Shown: positions 40,301-50,200 of the stretch, in pieces | Numbering within the stretch: the stretch's first letter is position 1 | Layout: each line of letters begins with the position of its first letter | IMG/VR virus record: IMGVR_UViG_3300021964_000022 | Coordinates: 46,013-110,012 of that record | Direction: 5' to 3' (one strand) | Source: a virus | Length of the DNA stretch: 64,000 bases | Program-made: the position numbers and the translations under genes | Notes under the pieces: model-generated | Told to the model about the DNA's origin: nothing | Seen by the model: only the letters and a program-made list of their open reading frames with translations | Databases searched by the model: none

Positions 40301-42725
40301 CTCCAGTTAATCCTTTAAGTGTTAGTCTTCTTAGACCACACCCGTTTCTAGCTAGGAAGAAATTAGATTGTGCGTTACTAGATGGAACAATTAATTGTTC
40401 TTGAGGTTGTGCTATTCCATGTACATAAGTTTTTTCACCTAGTATAATATCTTGTCCAGTAATTGCTGGACGTATTGTAGTTGAACGTAATTCGTCTCCA
40501 ACAATAGCTACATCTTCTGGAATACTAATTGGAAGTATTTCTGCATACTCGCCTGTCATTACACGTATAGTTGCTCCGCCTCTTGCTGGTGGTGCAACCA
40601 GTGTAGGTAGACTACCTAAACCGTTTGTAATTGTATCTGTAATACCTGTAAATAATGTTGTAATTCTAGTAGATACACCTGTTTCCGCTTCTACGCCTGC
40701 TGGAATATTTTGTGTGTATACTAGTCCTAATGCTGTGTGTGCATTTCCTGGAAGAATGAAATTATTAATTAAATCTCTTGCATATTCCAAAGCCGCTACA
40801 GTTTGAGCTTCTTGTCCATCAACTAAACTTACTGCACCATTATAATATGTTTTAGCATGTTCTCTTGAAAATAAGTTTCCACTGTATGTTAAATCTTGTA
40901 TCATACCAGCAATAATTATTGCTGTATCTCTTTCGCATTTTGCACTGTCGTATGTAAATCCAGACCATATACCTGCACCGCCTGCAATTTGTGCATCGAC
41001 CCAAGCAACAGTTTCTTGTGCAACATAGTTTTGATTAAGTTGCATTCTGTATGTTGCATTATCGTAATATCTTGTTCTTAGTCCTGAACGTGTTGCTTCG
41101 TCTGCAAGAATATAGTTACATGCGTATCTAACTGTTCTGAATGGTGCATTTAATGTTCCGCCTACAGTTGGATCATCAACACCGTTTTCACCGACGTAAT
41201 AAACTTTGTCAGCAAAATCAATTGTGTCCCATGAAGGTAATCCACTAGTAGATCTTATAATTTGACCTGATTTACCAATTGCTAGTCTCAGTGTGTCAAC
41301 TGCTGTTGAATCTTGATCATCAAATGTTTTTAAGTCACCCTTTACAGCTAGTTTATTTGTAAGGGTACCTTGAATCATAATTTTCCAATATGTTTCATCT
41401 GGTACATCTTGGTCTAAGTCTGGTCTACTAGCAGACGCATCTGATCTGTGGTAGGCTAATGCAACATAACTTGTACCTCTCCAAGTTACAATGTCGCCTT
41501 CGTAATACTCTACGTTGTCTTCCCATGAATCTCTAAAATCACGTCCGTCGATTAATTTTTCCCAAGTTACAGAAGAACTATCAGGTCTTACGTTTAAATT
41601 ATCAACTAATGCAATATAAATATTTCCAGCCCATCTTACAACATCACCTGTTAGGTATTGTACAAAGCTACTGTCTTCACCTTGCATGTTCCAAGTTTGT
41701 CTAAATTTATAACCAGTAAATGTTACATCCCAGTCATCAGTACTTGTGCTAGGTGCGGAAGATACATTATAAGTTTTTGCTTTGTAAGTATAACCACCAT
41801 ATTGTACAACATCGCCTGGTTGATATCTTTCAGCTGGTTGCCAATTTCCTTCGTATTCTGTTCCTGGTAAGTATATTTCCCAGTTTGCTGTATCTTCAGC
41901 AAAAGTTGTAGATGTGTGTGCAGTAATACATTTGTTTAGATTTGGTCCGCGTCTTACAATGTCATTAACTTTATATTTTGTATTGCCTTCGTGTAAACTT
42001 TTGTATTCGATACCATCTATTAAAATTTCCCATTTGGATTGATCTTGCTCTAATCCAAGAGTAATATTATCAGCAGATGTATGTCCTAAGATACAACGGT
42101 AAGTAATACCACCATATTTTACAAGATCACCTACTCTATATCTTGAACCAATGCTCCATGTGCCTTTCCAAGCATCACTGTCTGCAATTACAGCCCAATC
42201 ACTTTGGTTTGCTTCTAAGCCTGATGCAACAGTACTGGCAGAAATATGTTGATTCAATGCTTTATAAACAATACCGCTATATCTTACAATATCATTTCTT
42301 TTGTAAAGTGTATTAACGCTCCAAGTTGTTTTCCAGTCTGCATCAGAAACAGCAACAATAATCCATTTATTTTGGTCTGCAACTAATCCGTCTGTGTCTG
42401 AACTAAATGTAGGTGAACTTGTATGTCCTTCGATACATTTGTAAATACCTGAACCATATTTTACAATATTACCTGCAGAATAGTTAGTTGAAACTGTCCA
42501 GTTTCCTCTCCATTCAGAACCGTCTGATTGTAGTTGCCATTTTGGACTTGCTGGTGAAACATCTGAACCTTCTAAGTCATTTTCGAAAGTTGCTGATGTA
42601 TGTACTCTTAATGAGACAAACGTTTTACCGTCAACTTCGATCATATCATCTATGTTATAGTCATAGCCTGAAATCCAAGGACCTCTCCACGTAAATCTAA
42701 TTCTACTTAATTTAAAATCTGCCAT
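37374..42725 (-). CDS. Large tail fibre/spike protein, paralogue of 32535-37337, with BNR/Asp-box propeller insert (1783 aa)
   Basis: Same N-terminal W/Y repeats; TADGGDTW, SNDGTSW, STNDGSSW Asp-boxes. Confidence 0.7.
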   Translation of the reverse strand: MADFKLSRIRFTWRGPWISGYDYNIDDMIEVDGKTFVSLRVHTSATFENDLEGSDVSPASPKWQLQSDGSEWRGNWTVSTNYSAGNIVKYGSGIYKCIEGHTSSPTFSSDTDGLVADQNKWIIVAVSDADWKTTWSVNTLYKRNDIVRYSGIVYKALNQHISASTVASGLEANQSDWAVIADSDAWKGTWSIGSRYRVGDLVKYGGITYRCILGHTSADNITLGLEQDQSKWEILIDGIEYKSLHEGNTKYKVNDIVRRGPNLNKCITAHTSTTFAEDTANWEIYLPGTEYEGNWQPAERYQPGDVVQYGGYTYKAKTYNVSSAPSTSTDDWDVTFTGYKFRQTWNMQGEDSSFVQYLTGDVVRWAGNIYIALVDNLNVRPDSSSVTWEKLIDGRDFRDSWEDNVEYYEGDIVTWRGTSYVALAYHRSDASASRPDLDQDVPDETYWKIMIQGTLTNKLAVKGDLKTFDDQDSTAVDTLRLAIGKSGQIIRSTSGLPSWDTIDFADKVYYVGENGVDDPTVGGTLNAPFRTVRYACNYILADEATRSGLRTRYYDNATYRMQLNQNYVAQETVAWVDAQIAGGAGIWSGFTYDSAKCERDTAIIIAGMIQDLTYSGNLFSREHAKTYYNGAVSLVDGQEAQTVAALEYARDLINNFILPGNAHTALGLVYTQNIPAGVEAETGVSTRITTLFTGITDTITNGLGSLPTLVAPPARGGATIRVMTGEYAEILPISIPEDVAIVGDELRSTTIRPAITGQDIILGEKTYVHGIAQPQEQLIVPSSNAQSNFFLARNGCGLRRLTLKGLTGVLTDANDYGTKRTTAGAYVSLDPGTGPEDQSVWVRNKSTYVQGVTTIGTACVGMKIDGALHNGGNKSMVANDFTQVLSDGIGYWATNLGKSELVSVFTYYNHIGYLAENGGILRATNGNNSYGTFGSVAEGFDANEVPISAQVNNQSGEARIDRIMTDGNEILHYAYEHAGQDYTTVTASYTGPGTGIDARWTEFRNNAISNIRLTVPSDSSQIGGAGYKFISNYARGGTDSTLLIANAEARTSAQLTGMAVYITNGAGAGQYGYIQAYDEDTNTATIYRYSTGTAGWDQLIPGRPIQFVLDDSTFYEIEPRVTVSSPPWTQTGTVVQAGLGLSGFGAGKFYYPLSGTNDVYVTADGGDTWTTTNVSESDTWDARGKRGDLMMFAAGGSANFHYSNDGTSWDTSTLPDTLNWTGIAQGGSNDDKIMVVATGSDTAYIGTIGTGGDSTVAPTSWTALTLNASRAWTGVEFGQGIWFVFSSDGYYEYSTNDGSSWTAGTLPAPSSPEVYSDVAYGNNTWTLTMDNSDRMFYSDDAVNWQDSDIKGDSVREDWTIAYAGGVFVVASAQGTNAYSNEGKHWTVIGSPNANQTSVAGGIYLDRPTFLTKGTSATGERIQGGKTAHLRVNIANNNISEFVIMDPGSGYTTQPSVVVFDPEEYTEPTLVVNLNDKVLAQPEMYNRGSDYLTMIATLTGTGFADEYQKGNKLQIKGATKVPKAGSNINFAGQPDTLYKIVKVLSSSGTAPNFSAQLQISPILAVATSPDHEEAITFRERYSSCRLTGHDFLDIGTGNFTDTNYPTLYKFGRSAANETRQANEIVENNGGRVFYTSTDQDGNFRVGELFRVSQSTGGVTLNADFFDLGGLDELRLGGIQVGGTQATIKEFSTDNTMTANSDSVIPTQRAIKAYLENRITGGGATLFTNAITAGVVVVQGQEISTTEGIINVTNQMNLTSGSPDGDMAAHGFFIHGMDDRNEFNG
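37792..37844. repeat. 53-bp direct repeat, copy 2
   Basis: See 32923-32975. Confidence 0.85.
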
Positions 42726-42756
42726 TTTTTTCTAACCTTTATAATATATGTATTTA

Positions 42757-43113
42757 TTAGACACCACTCGGATATGTGTAATCTTCATTAACTCTAGCAA
42801 CTAATTGCCCACTATCGTCAATATAATACAATAAACTCCTGTTATCCCATTTATACTGTTCATAATTAAGGTTCTTATAAACCTTTTGATGTTTTACATC
42901 TCTACCTTCGAAAAAGTCTTCGCCTTGTTCGAAATCTTCTAAGTTATCAGCTGGATCACCTGGAGTGTTAATTTCAACTGCTTCTCCGGATTTTAATTGA
43001 TCTATTTTTACTAGATAAATTTCACCTTGATCTGTTCTTCTTAAACCATAAAAATATCTTGCGTCTGTTTGACTTACAAGTTCACTTACACTTTGACCTA
43101 AAAAATTACTCAT
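42757..43113 (-). CDS. Hypothetical virion protein
   Basis: Coupled ORF (TAATG overlap) in the tail operon. Confidence 0.55.
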   Translation of the reverse strand: MSNFLGQSVSELVSQTDARYFYGLRRTDQGEIYLVKIDQLKSGEAVEINTPGDPADNLEDFEQGEDFFEGRDVKHQKVYKNLNYEQYKWDNRSLLYYIDDSGQLVARVNEDYTYPSGV

Positions 43114-43442
43114 TATACTATCTCCACCAAACTAGTTATTACGTCTAACGAATCTGTAATATTAGATTCAACAAACAAAGTGTCACCAGCTTGCATTATT
43201 ATTTTTTCACCTTTACCGATTGGCTTTAATGTACTATTTGCAGGTATAGGCATCTCTTTAACTAGATATCCAACACTACTTCCGCTATCACCAATTAATA
43301 TACTTGCGGAAACAATACTGTCTGTAATATTAGCAACACTTAAACCGATAACAGTTGTGTTGTTAGCGGGAGGAGTTGTATATACAGCAACTCGTACAGT
43401 TCCTACTTCTTTTGTAATTACATTTTTAAAATTTGTTGCCAT
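43113..43442 (-). CDS. Small beta-sandwich virion protein
   Basis: YTTP...TTVIGLSVAN; paralogue of 32182-32505. Confidence 0.55.
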   Translation of the reverse strand: MATNFKNVITKEVGTVRVAVYTTPPANNTTVIGLSVANITDSIVSASILIGDSGSSVGYLVKEMPIPANSTLKPIGKGEKIIMQAGDTLFVESNITDSLDVITSLVEIV

Positions 43443-43451
43443 TCTTCTTTC

Positions 43452-46400
43452 CTAAATTGTTAATGCAAGTTTAATTGCTATTTCCTCTGCATCATTATAA
43501 GTAACAGCACCTGTTGCACCAGCTACTGACACCCAGTTATTTGAAACATCGTATATTTCAACTCTGTCTTCAATACTATTGTAACGCATCATACCCGTTT
43601 CTGGTGTAGGATGTCTGTTTGCGTTAGTACCAACCGGAATAACAAATCCGCCAGTACCTTCAAGTTTAAAGTATCCTGTTCCTTGTTGACGTAAAATTGT
43701 TGTTTCGCCGTCAATTAAGTTAGTTATAGTACTTCCGTTAAAACTAAAGTTTTCAATACTTATTGTACCTGTACCATTAGCTCTTAATTCAAGGTCCTCG
43801 TTAGTAGTGATAGTTTCTAATACATTACCATGTACAGCAATATCATCAACTTCTAATCTAACAACATTAAATCTTTGCTCACTAACATCAGCTACTAGTG
43901 CTCCGCCTGCATAAAAACGTAGTACGTTATCGTTTGCACCTGGAGTTAATTCTGGTGTAATATACGTGTCTCTATCAACATCATATACACCACCTAAGTT
44001 AGTCCATGCACCGTCATATGCTTCAAAAACTCCTGCTTCGGTATTGTATCTAATCATACCTGGTTCAGGACTTGCTGGACGTTGAGCAGTTGTACCTTTT
44101 GGTAGAACTAAACTTCCTGTACCTGTTACAGTAACAATCTCCGAACTTGGATCAAGAACTATATCTCCGCTTGCATTACTTATCGTATTATTAGCAAATT
44201 CTAAGTTATCAATTACAATTTTACCAGTTCCGTTTGCAGATAAATTGATATCACCGTTACTTGAGTTACTTTGAATGTAATTGTCATTGATTTCTAACGT
44301 ATCAACAAGCATTTTTCCTACATGGAATTCTGACCAACTTAGTACATCAGTACCTATTGTATATGTGTCATCTGTTGCTGGTATTAAATTACTGTCAATT
44401 CTGCCGCCAATTTGTATACTATCTGTAGCTTCATCGCCAATTGTAATATTGCCGCCGATTGTAACATTACCTGTAACATCTAAGTTACCTGTAACATTTA
44501 CATTATCTTGTAGATTAATTATTCCTGTACTAGCATCTAAGTTTAAATCTCCTGAAACAGTTTCAACTGTATTACCACTAAATTTAACATTTCCTGTTTG
44601 TACTTTTGTACCGTCAATAATTGTTGTATTTGACCCGTCTGTAAAAGTAATACCTTGGTTATTATTGAATAAAAATTCTGCATTAGTAAAAGATACTTCG
44701 CCAGTTGATTGATCTACTCTAAATAAATCGCCAACTCTAAAATCACCTTTATGGTCAACTGTACTGTAATAAACATTAGCACCGTTTGCTTTTACAACTT
44801 CATTAGACTGTACAACTGAACTTACATCATTGCTGTTGTCTTTGCCTGCACCTATATATGCTAAGTTTTGTCCTATTAAGTACATTACTACGCCTGGACC
44901 GTCTCCGTATACGCCATATTGTCCATACACGTTTGCACTTGCAATACTTCTTATTTCTGCACCAAAGTCACTAAGATCTGAAAGTGTAATATTTGTTGCT
45001 GTTCCGCCACCACTAAATCTTACATCTTGTACAAATGTATCATCGTCATCCATAATTACACTTCCAACATCTCCGTCAAAATGTAATAGTAATACTGTGT
45101 TTAATGTTCCTGGTAGAGCCGCAGTTGGTGTAGTTAATGATGTTACTCCTGCGCCTTTTTGTATTCTAAATTCGTCAACTTTTGCAGTTAAGAAATTTGT
45201 TAAACTATAATCTGTTCCAAACTTAAATGGTTTCGTTGTGCCAAAATCTGTTGTGTTAGCTGTAGTTGCAACAAGCGTTCCGTCAATAAACATTCTTAGT
45301 GTTCCACTTACTCTGCTTATTGCAATATGATACCAAGCACTGTCATTAAGAACATTTGCTGGATTTACAATATTAGTTGTACCGTTATCTAAGTAAAGTT
45401 GATTGTCTGCACCTACATATAAATGAAGTGCATTATCTGTTGCACTGCCAGCTCTAAAATCAAACAAAGTTTGAACTGCATCAACTGCATCTAAGTTAAC
45501 AAAAAATTCAATTTGTAAATCGCCAGTGCCAAACCCAAAGTCTGGTTGAGAAATTGTTTCTAAATAATCTGTTGAGCCTAGTAAGTATAAAGATTCTGTA
45601 CCAATTTGACTAATTGCTCCAAGTGCGGCATTTCCTTTAGCACTTACAGTTTTCTTTGCTCTACTAGGTGTAGTTACAAATCCTGTAACTTTACCATCTA
45701 TAAAAAAGTAGTTTCCATCTCTTGAACTAATTGTTCCTGATGCTACACTAGAACCGCCTGCATCGTACAATGTAATTGTTTCACTTGCACTAGGATTACC
45801 TGTTAGTCCTGAAACTTTTAATCTTGTTTTACCGTTACCTTTTAGGCCAGCGGCACTATCAAATGCATCAATACCTCTATCAGCATAGTATGAAAAACTG
45901 TTTAACCATTCTACTCTTGCACCGTTAGTTGCTCTTAAAACTTTTGCACCCGGACATATAAATGTACAACTATGGAACAGCATTGCCGCTTCTCTACTTG
46001 AAGCAGTTGCAACACTACCGTCTAGATATATACCTGCGCCTGCATCACCTTCGTCATATCCTAGTGGATCGTCGCTTGATGTTACTGTACCTTTTGTGAT
46101 TACACTTACGTTTCTAACGTAAGGTGATCTTTCTGTTACTGTAAAGTTTGGTGCAAATCTAAATGCATAACCTTTGTTGTTACCTGAATCAAAATAATAA
46201 TTTTTAATAGTAACTTCTTCAACAGTTGTTTCACCATTCATATGAAATACGTCTTCGGATTGTGTTGTACTATCTGGAGTAATTGTTACACTTCTTAAAC
46301 TTTGTCCTCTAATTGTAACTCCTGCCGGAACTACTAATGGTAATGTTTCGTTGTAATCACCTGGATAAATGTAAACTGTGTCACCTGCTGTTGCAAGTTG

Positions 46401-47159
46401 TAATGCTTTTCCAATAGTAAAAACAGGATCCTGAGGATGTGTTCCTGTTGCTGTGTCAAGACCTTGACTTGATACGTATAATATATTTCCTGGTCTAGAA
46501 ACTAGATCTAAATCGCCAAAGTCAATGTCGTTTGTTTGTAATGTGTCAACATATGTATTGTTTAAGTATGCTGTTGACCAACGCTTAGTTGCTGTACCTA
46601 AACTATATGTGTCGTTTGCATCTGGAATAATATCACTAGCAATCTCTGCATTAAGGATAATATTGTCTGTGTCAGCGTCACCAATTTGAATATCACCGTC
46701 TGCTGATATATTTCCTGTTGCATGAAGGTTACCTGTAATGTTTGTATTACCTTCAATGTTTATTGTTCCAGTTCCGTTTGCACGAATATACAAATCTTCG
46801 TTTGTATTTTTATTTTCGATAAAACTGTTATTAATTTCTAAATCACCGACTTCAACTCTGTTACCAATTAAAACACTGTCGGCTGTAGTTACTGTAAATT
46901 CTTGTGCGGTTGTCGTAATGGAGTTATTGTTACCGTCAATAGTAACATTACCTACATTAAAAACATTATTTGTAATTTCTAGATCGGATACACGAGCAAC
47001 ACCTGCTACGTCTAATGCATATTGAGGATTAGTTGTCCTAACGCCTATGCGACGGTTTGTAACATCTAAATATAAAAGGTCTGTCTCAAAAGCTAGATCT
47101 ACACCGTTACGTAATAGATCGGACTTTAAGAGCGGACCGGATATGCGACCAATTGCCAT
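43452..47159 (-). CDS. Tail fibre/structural protein with LamG (concanavalin-like) domain (1235 aa)
   Basis: FGTGDLQIEFF...WYHIAISR..G.LRMFIDG...DEFRI LamG motif; P.GT.A.RP...G.IRYN repeats. Confidence 0.7.
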   Translation of the reverse strand: MAIGRISGPLLKSDLLRNGVDLAFETDLLYLDVTNRRIGVRTTNPQYALDVAGVARVSDLEITNNVFNVGNVTIDGNNNSITTTAQEFTVTTADSVLIGNRVEVGDLEINNSFIENKNTNEDLYIRANGTGTINIEGNTNITGNLHATGNISADGDIQIGDADTDNIILNAEIASDIIPDANDTYSLGTATKRWSTAYLNNTYVDTLQTNDIDFGDLDLVSRPGNILYVSSQGLDTATGTHPQDPVFTIGKALQLATAGDTVYIYPGDYNETLPLVVPAGVTIRGQSLRSVTITPDSTTQSEDVFHMNGETTVEEVTIKNYYFDSGNNKGYAFRFAPNFTVTERSPYVRNVSVITKGTVTSSDDPLGYDEGDAGAGIYLDGSVATASSREAAMLFHSCTFICPGAKVLRATNGARVEWLNSFSYYADRGIDAFDSAAGLKGNGKTRLKVSGLTGNPSASETITLYDAGGSSVASGTISSRDGNYFFIDGKVTGFVTTPSRAKKTVSAKGNAALGAISQIGTESLYLLGSTDYLETISQPDFGFGTGDLQIEFFVNLDAVDAVQTLFDFRAGSATDNALHLYVGADNQLYLDNGTTNIVNPANVLNDSAWYHIAISRVSGTLRMFIDGTLVATTANTTDFGTTKPFKFGTDYSLTNFLTAKVDEFRIQKGAGVTSLTTPTAALPGTLNTVLLLHFDGDVGSVIMDDDDTFVQDVRFSGGGTATNITLSDLSDFGAEIRSIASANVYGQYGVYGDGPGVVMYLIGQNLAYIGAGKDNSNDVSSVVQSNEVVKANGANVYYSTVDHKGDFRVGDLFRVDQSTGEVSFTNAEFLFNNNQGITFTDGSNTTIIDGTKVQTGNVKFSGNTVETVSGDLNLDASTGIINLQDNVNVTGNLDVTGNVTIGGNITIGDEATDSIQIGGRIDSNLIPATDDTYTIGTDVLSWSEFHVGKMLVDTLEINDNYIQSNSSNGDINLSANGTGKIVIDNLEFANNTISNASGDIVLDPSSEIVTVTGTGSLVLPKGTTAQRPASPEPGMIRYNTEAGVFEAYDGAWTNLGGVYDVDRDTYITPELTPGANDNVLRFYAGGALVADVSEQRFNVVRLEVDDIAVHGNVLETITTNEDLELRANGTGTISIENFSFNGSTITNLIDGETTILRQQGTGYFKLEGTGGFVIPVGTNANRHPTPETGMMRYNSIEDRVEIYDVSNNWVSVAGATGAVTYNDAEEIAIKLALTI

Positions 47160-47171
47160 CTTCTCTCCTCA

Positions 47172-47268
47172 ATACGGGGATCCTGTCCCTCTAGCCCGAT
47201 TTTCAACATACGTTCTTTGCCGGCTAACCACAGTTTGTCCTGCAGGACTTGGTCCGTCTTATCTGCAT
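47172..47268 (-). ncRNA. Candidate structured 5' leader RNA
   Basis: GC-rich ~115-nt UTR between TAAATA (47275-47280) and the RBS; nested pairings GGA/UCC, CUGU/ACAG, UAGCC/GGCUA. Confidence 0.45.
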
Positions 47269-47294
47269 TAGTAGTATTTAGCCAAAAGGTGGAT

Positions 47295-50200
47295 TTAGTC
47301 TAGTATAATGTTCCAAAGGAAGCTCAAATCACTGACATCCTCTTCAAGGATTGCTTCAACTTGTCCAGCCGCATTTATCCATTGTGTGCCGTTATAAGTT
47401 TCAAGATATTCGTTTGTTGTACTAAAACGTGTATGGCCAACTTCTGGAGTTGACGGACGTTGTGCATCTGTTCCAAATGGTACAACCATACCACTTACGT
47501 TGTCAAATTTAACAAATGCTTCGCCATTATCATTTGTTAAATTAAATGAAAATGTTGGTGCATTAGTAGTATCAGTAAGTATACTATCTCTAAATGTTAA
47601 AGTTTCTATATTAGTTGTACCAGTTCCGTTTGAACGTAATATTACATTTTGGTTATCACTTACTGCTGATACAGTATTTCCGTCAATATAAAATTGGTTG
47701 CCTGAACTAAATCCGTTTGATTCTAATAATGTGCCATTTAGAGTGTGATTAGTAACATTGTTTGTTGTAAACTGGAATTGATTATTTGATAGATCTAAGA
47801 ATGTATTACGGTCTGTATCAAATATTCCTGCAAGAGATACTGCGCCGCCGCCGACTACACCTTCAAAAGAATCATAAACTGTATTATATCTTATTGCTCC
47901 AGTTGTACTAGGACGCTGTGCATTTGTACCTTTTGATAAAGTAAGGTTACTAGTAGCATCCATTTTTAATGAATTTGTTACTGAAATCTCTACATCTCTA
48001 TTTGTTCCGCCAACGTTGTTAGTTACTGTAGTCCAATAATCTAATACAGGTTGTGTTAAAGGAAAATCATATGTTTCATTTTCTATAATAGGAATAATAG
48101 TAGTATCAGTTGCTTCTAGTATTGCTCTTGTATAGGTACTCCATTTATTTGTAAGCGTACTATCTCCACTTCTCCAAGCCTGTGATCCTGCATAAGAACT
48201 AATACCTAAATACAAGTATTCCACAACAAGTTTGTCATAGCTAATACCTATTGGATCTGTGTACCATGCAAAATCAGGATAACTATAACCAGGTAAGCCA
48301 CCTGCTTGATAGCCTCCTCTAGCAATATCCATTGCCGCCGTAAGCACTGTAGGTCTCGATGTTCCTAAGTCACTATATGCATTTACATATCCTTTTTCAA
48401 TTATAAAATATCTAAGCAATCTTTCTAATGTAACGTCTCTTAATCCTCCTACACTATCTCCTAAGAAACCGTTCATTTCATTTTCATAAACACTTGTAGT
48501 TCTTAGTTTCCAATTGCCTAAAGCAGATGTAATTGCAGTTTCATCTGCAACATTTCCATAAATTGCAATTCCTTTAAGGCCATCTGAAAATTCTGCGTAT
48601 AAAGTACTATTATCAATTACATTGTCGTAATCATTATCAAAATATCCTGCTATTAAATTTGCTGTATGAAACAGTGCATCTCTACTTACACTAGCAGTTG
48701 CAAATATAGGAATATTATTCCAAACTATACAATATGGAAAATATTGTTTAAGTGATTCAAAACTATTAAAAATAGGAATCACATTTTCGTCTGTTTCAAT
48801 AATAGTAAATTCTCCTGTTGGACTAAATCTACCAATAATTTTATTATCTTTTAATTCAACATTTTCAAAATTTACACTACCAGTTCCGTTAGCTCTAAAT
48901 TCTAAATTACTGTTTGAGTCTGTTGTTGAAATTGTTGTTGGAGTTAATCTAATATCATTTACATTAACCTGTGAGCCATATCCTGTACGCCATGCAAGAT
49001 CTTCTGTTCCTAATACGTTACCTTCGCTTGAACCAGGTACTAAATTTTGACTAAATGGTGTGTTAAAGTCAATAGTATCTGTAGGATCATCTCCGATTGT
49101 AATTATACTTCCGTTAATTACACCATTTCCTGTAATATCAAAATTGCCTGTAGTGTTTACATTTCCGTTAAAATTAATTTCGGTTGTAGCTGACTTTAAA
49201 TTTAAATCAGCATTAGTACTATAAATTGTATTTCCAGTAACAACAATATTATCTAAACTTAAACGATTACTATCAATAAACACTTCGCTAGTATCTGTTA
49301 ATATCCTTACGACAGAGTTACTTGCAAAGATGCTTTCAATATCAAAACTTGTTCTGCCATTCTTTTGATCAACTGAAAATAAATCACCAACATTAAAATT
49401 GCCAGCTTCGTCCTGCGATGTATAATAAACTTTGCCGCTATTTGCTTCTACAACTTTATTTGCATCAATAGTTAATGTATTATCATTAGAAAGATCTTTT
49501 CCTGCACCTATGTATGCAAAATTGCCGTTAATAACATATGCTAAACAATCAGCACCATCTGATTTAATACCATAATTTCCATACACTGCGGCACTTGCTA
49601 TACTTCTCAATTCGCCGCCAAATATACGTGTACTATCAGGTAATAAATTACCTACTGTACCTTGTTCAATTAAAATTCCGTGATTAGCAAAATAACTAAA
49701 ACTGTTTAACCATTCAACTCTAACACCGTCACGCATGGTCAATGCGTCAACACCAGGAGTAATAAATGTAACTCCATAAAATAACATACTAGCTCTTGGA
49801 CTTGCTTGAGTTACTGCACTTCCGTCCACTAAGCATCCTTTACCTGCATCTCCGCTTCCAAAACCTCTAGGATCACTTGCACTTATAGCTGTACCTTTTG
49901 TTAAAACTGTACAATTTTTAATGTAAGGACTACGTTCCATAATACTTGCATTTTCTTTAAATCTAAATGCATACCCTTTGTCATTACCGCTGTCGTAAAA
50001 GAAATCTTTGATAGTAATATTTTCGATTGTTGTTTCGCCTTCAATCAAAAATGCATCTTCAGATTGTGTTGCAGTTGTTGGATAAACTTCAACACCGCGG
50101 ATAGTGTCGCCTTGAATTGAAACACCTTGCGGTACTGTTAATGGAAATGCTTCTTGATATTGTCCAGGATAAATGTTAACTATTGTATCCGAAGTAGCAA

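Noticed and set aside
35950-42725. CRISPR-like or DNA tandem repeats
   Set aside because: The periodicity is protein-level (W/Y-rich CBM-like repeats) with degenerate codons; no identical repeat-spacer array
47200-47245. c-di-GMP-I (GEMM) riboswitch suggested by CAAAC...GCAAAG
   Set aside because: No GNRA-capped P2 or receptor; order and spacing of conserved blocks do not fit
47047-47271. 74-aa plus-strand ORF over the structured leader
   Set aside because: Antisense to a real gene start and its UTR; no SD; the GC-rich leader explains the lack of stops
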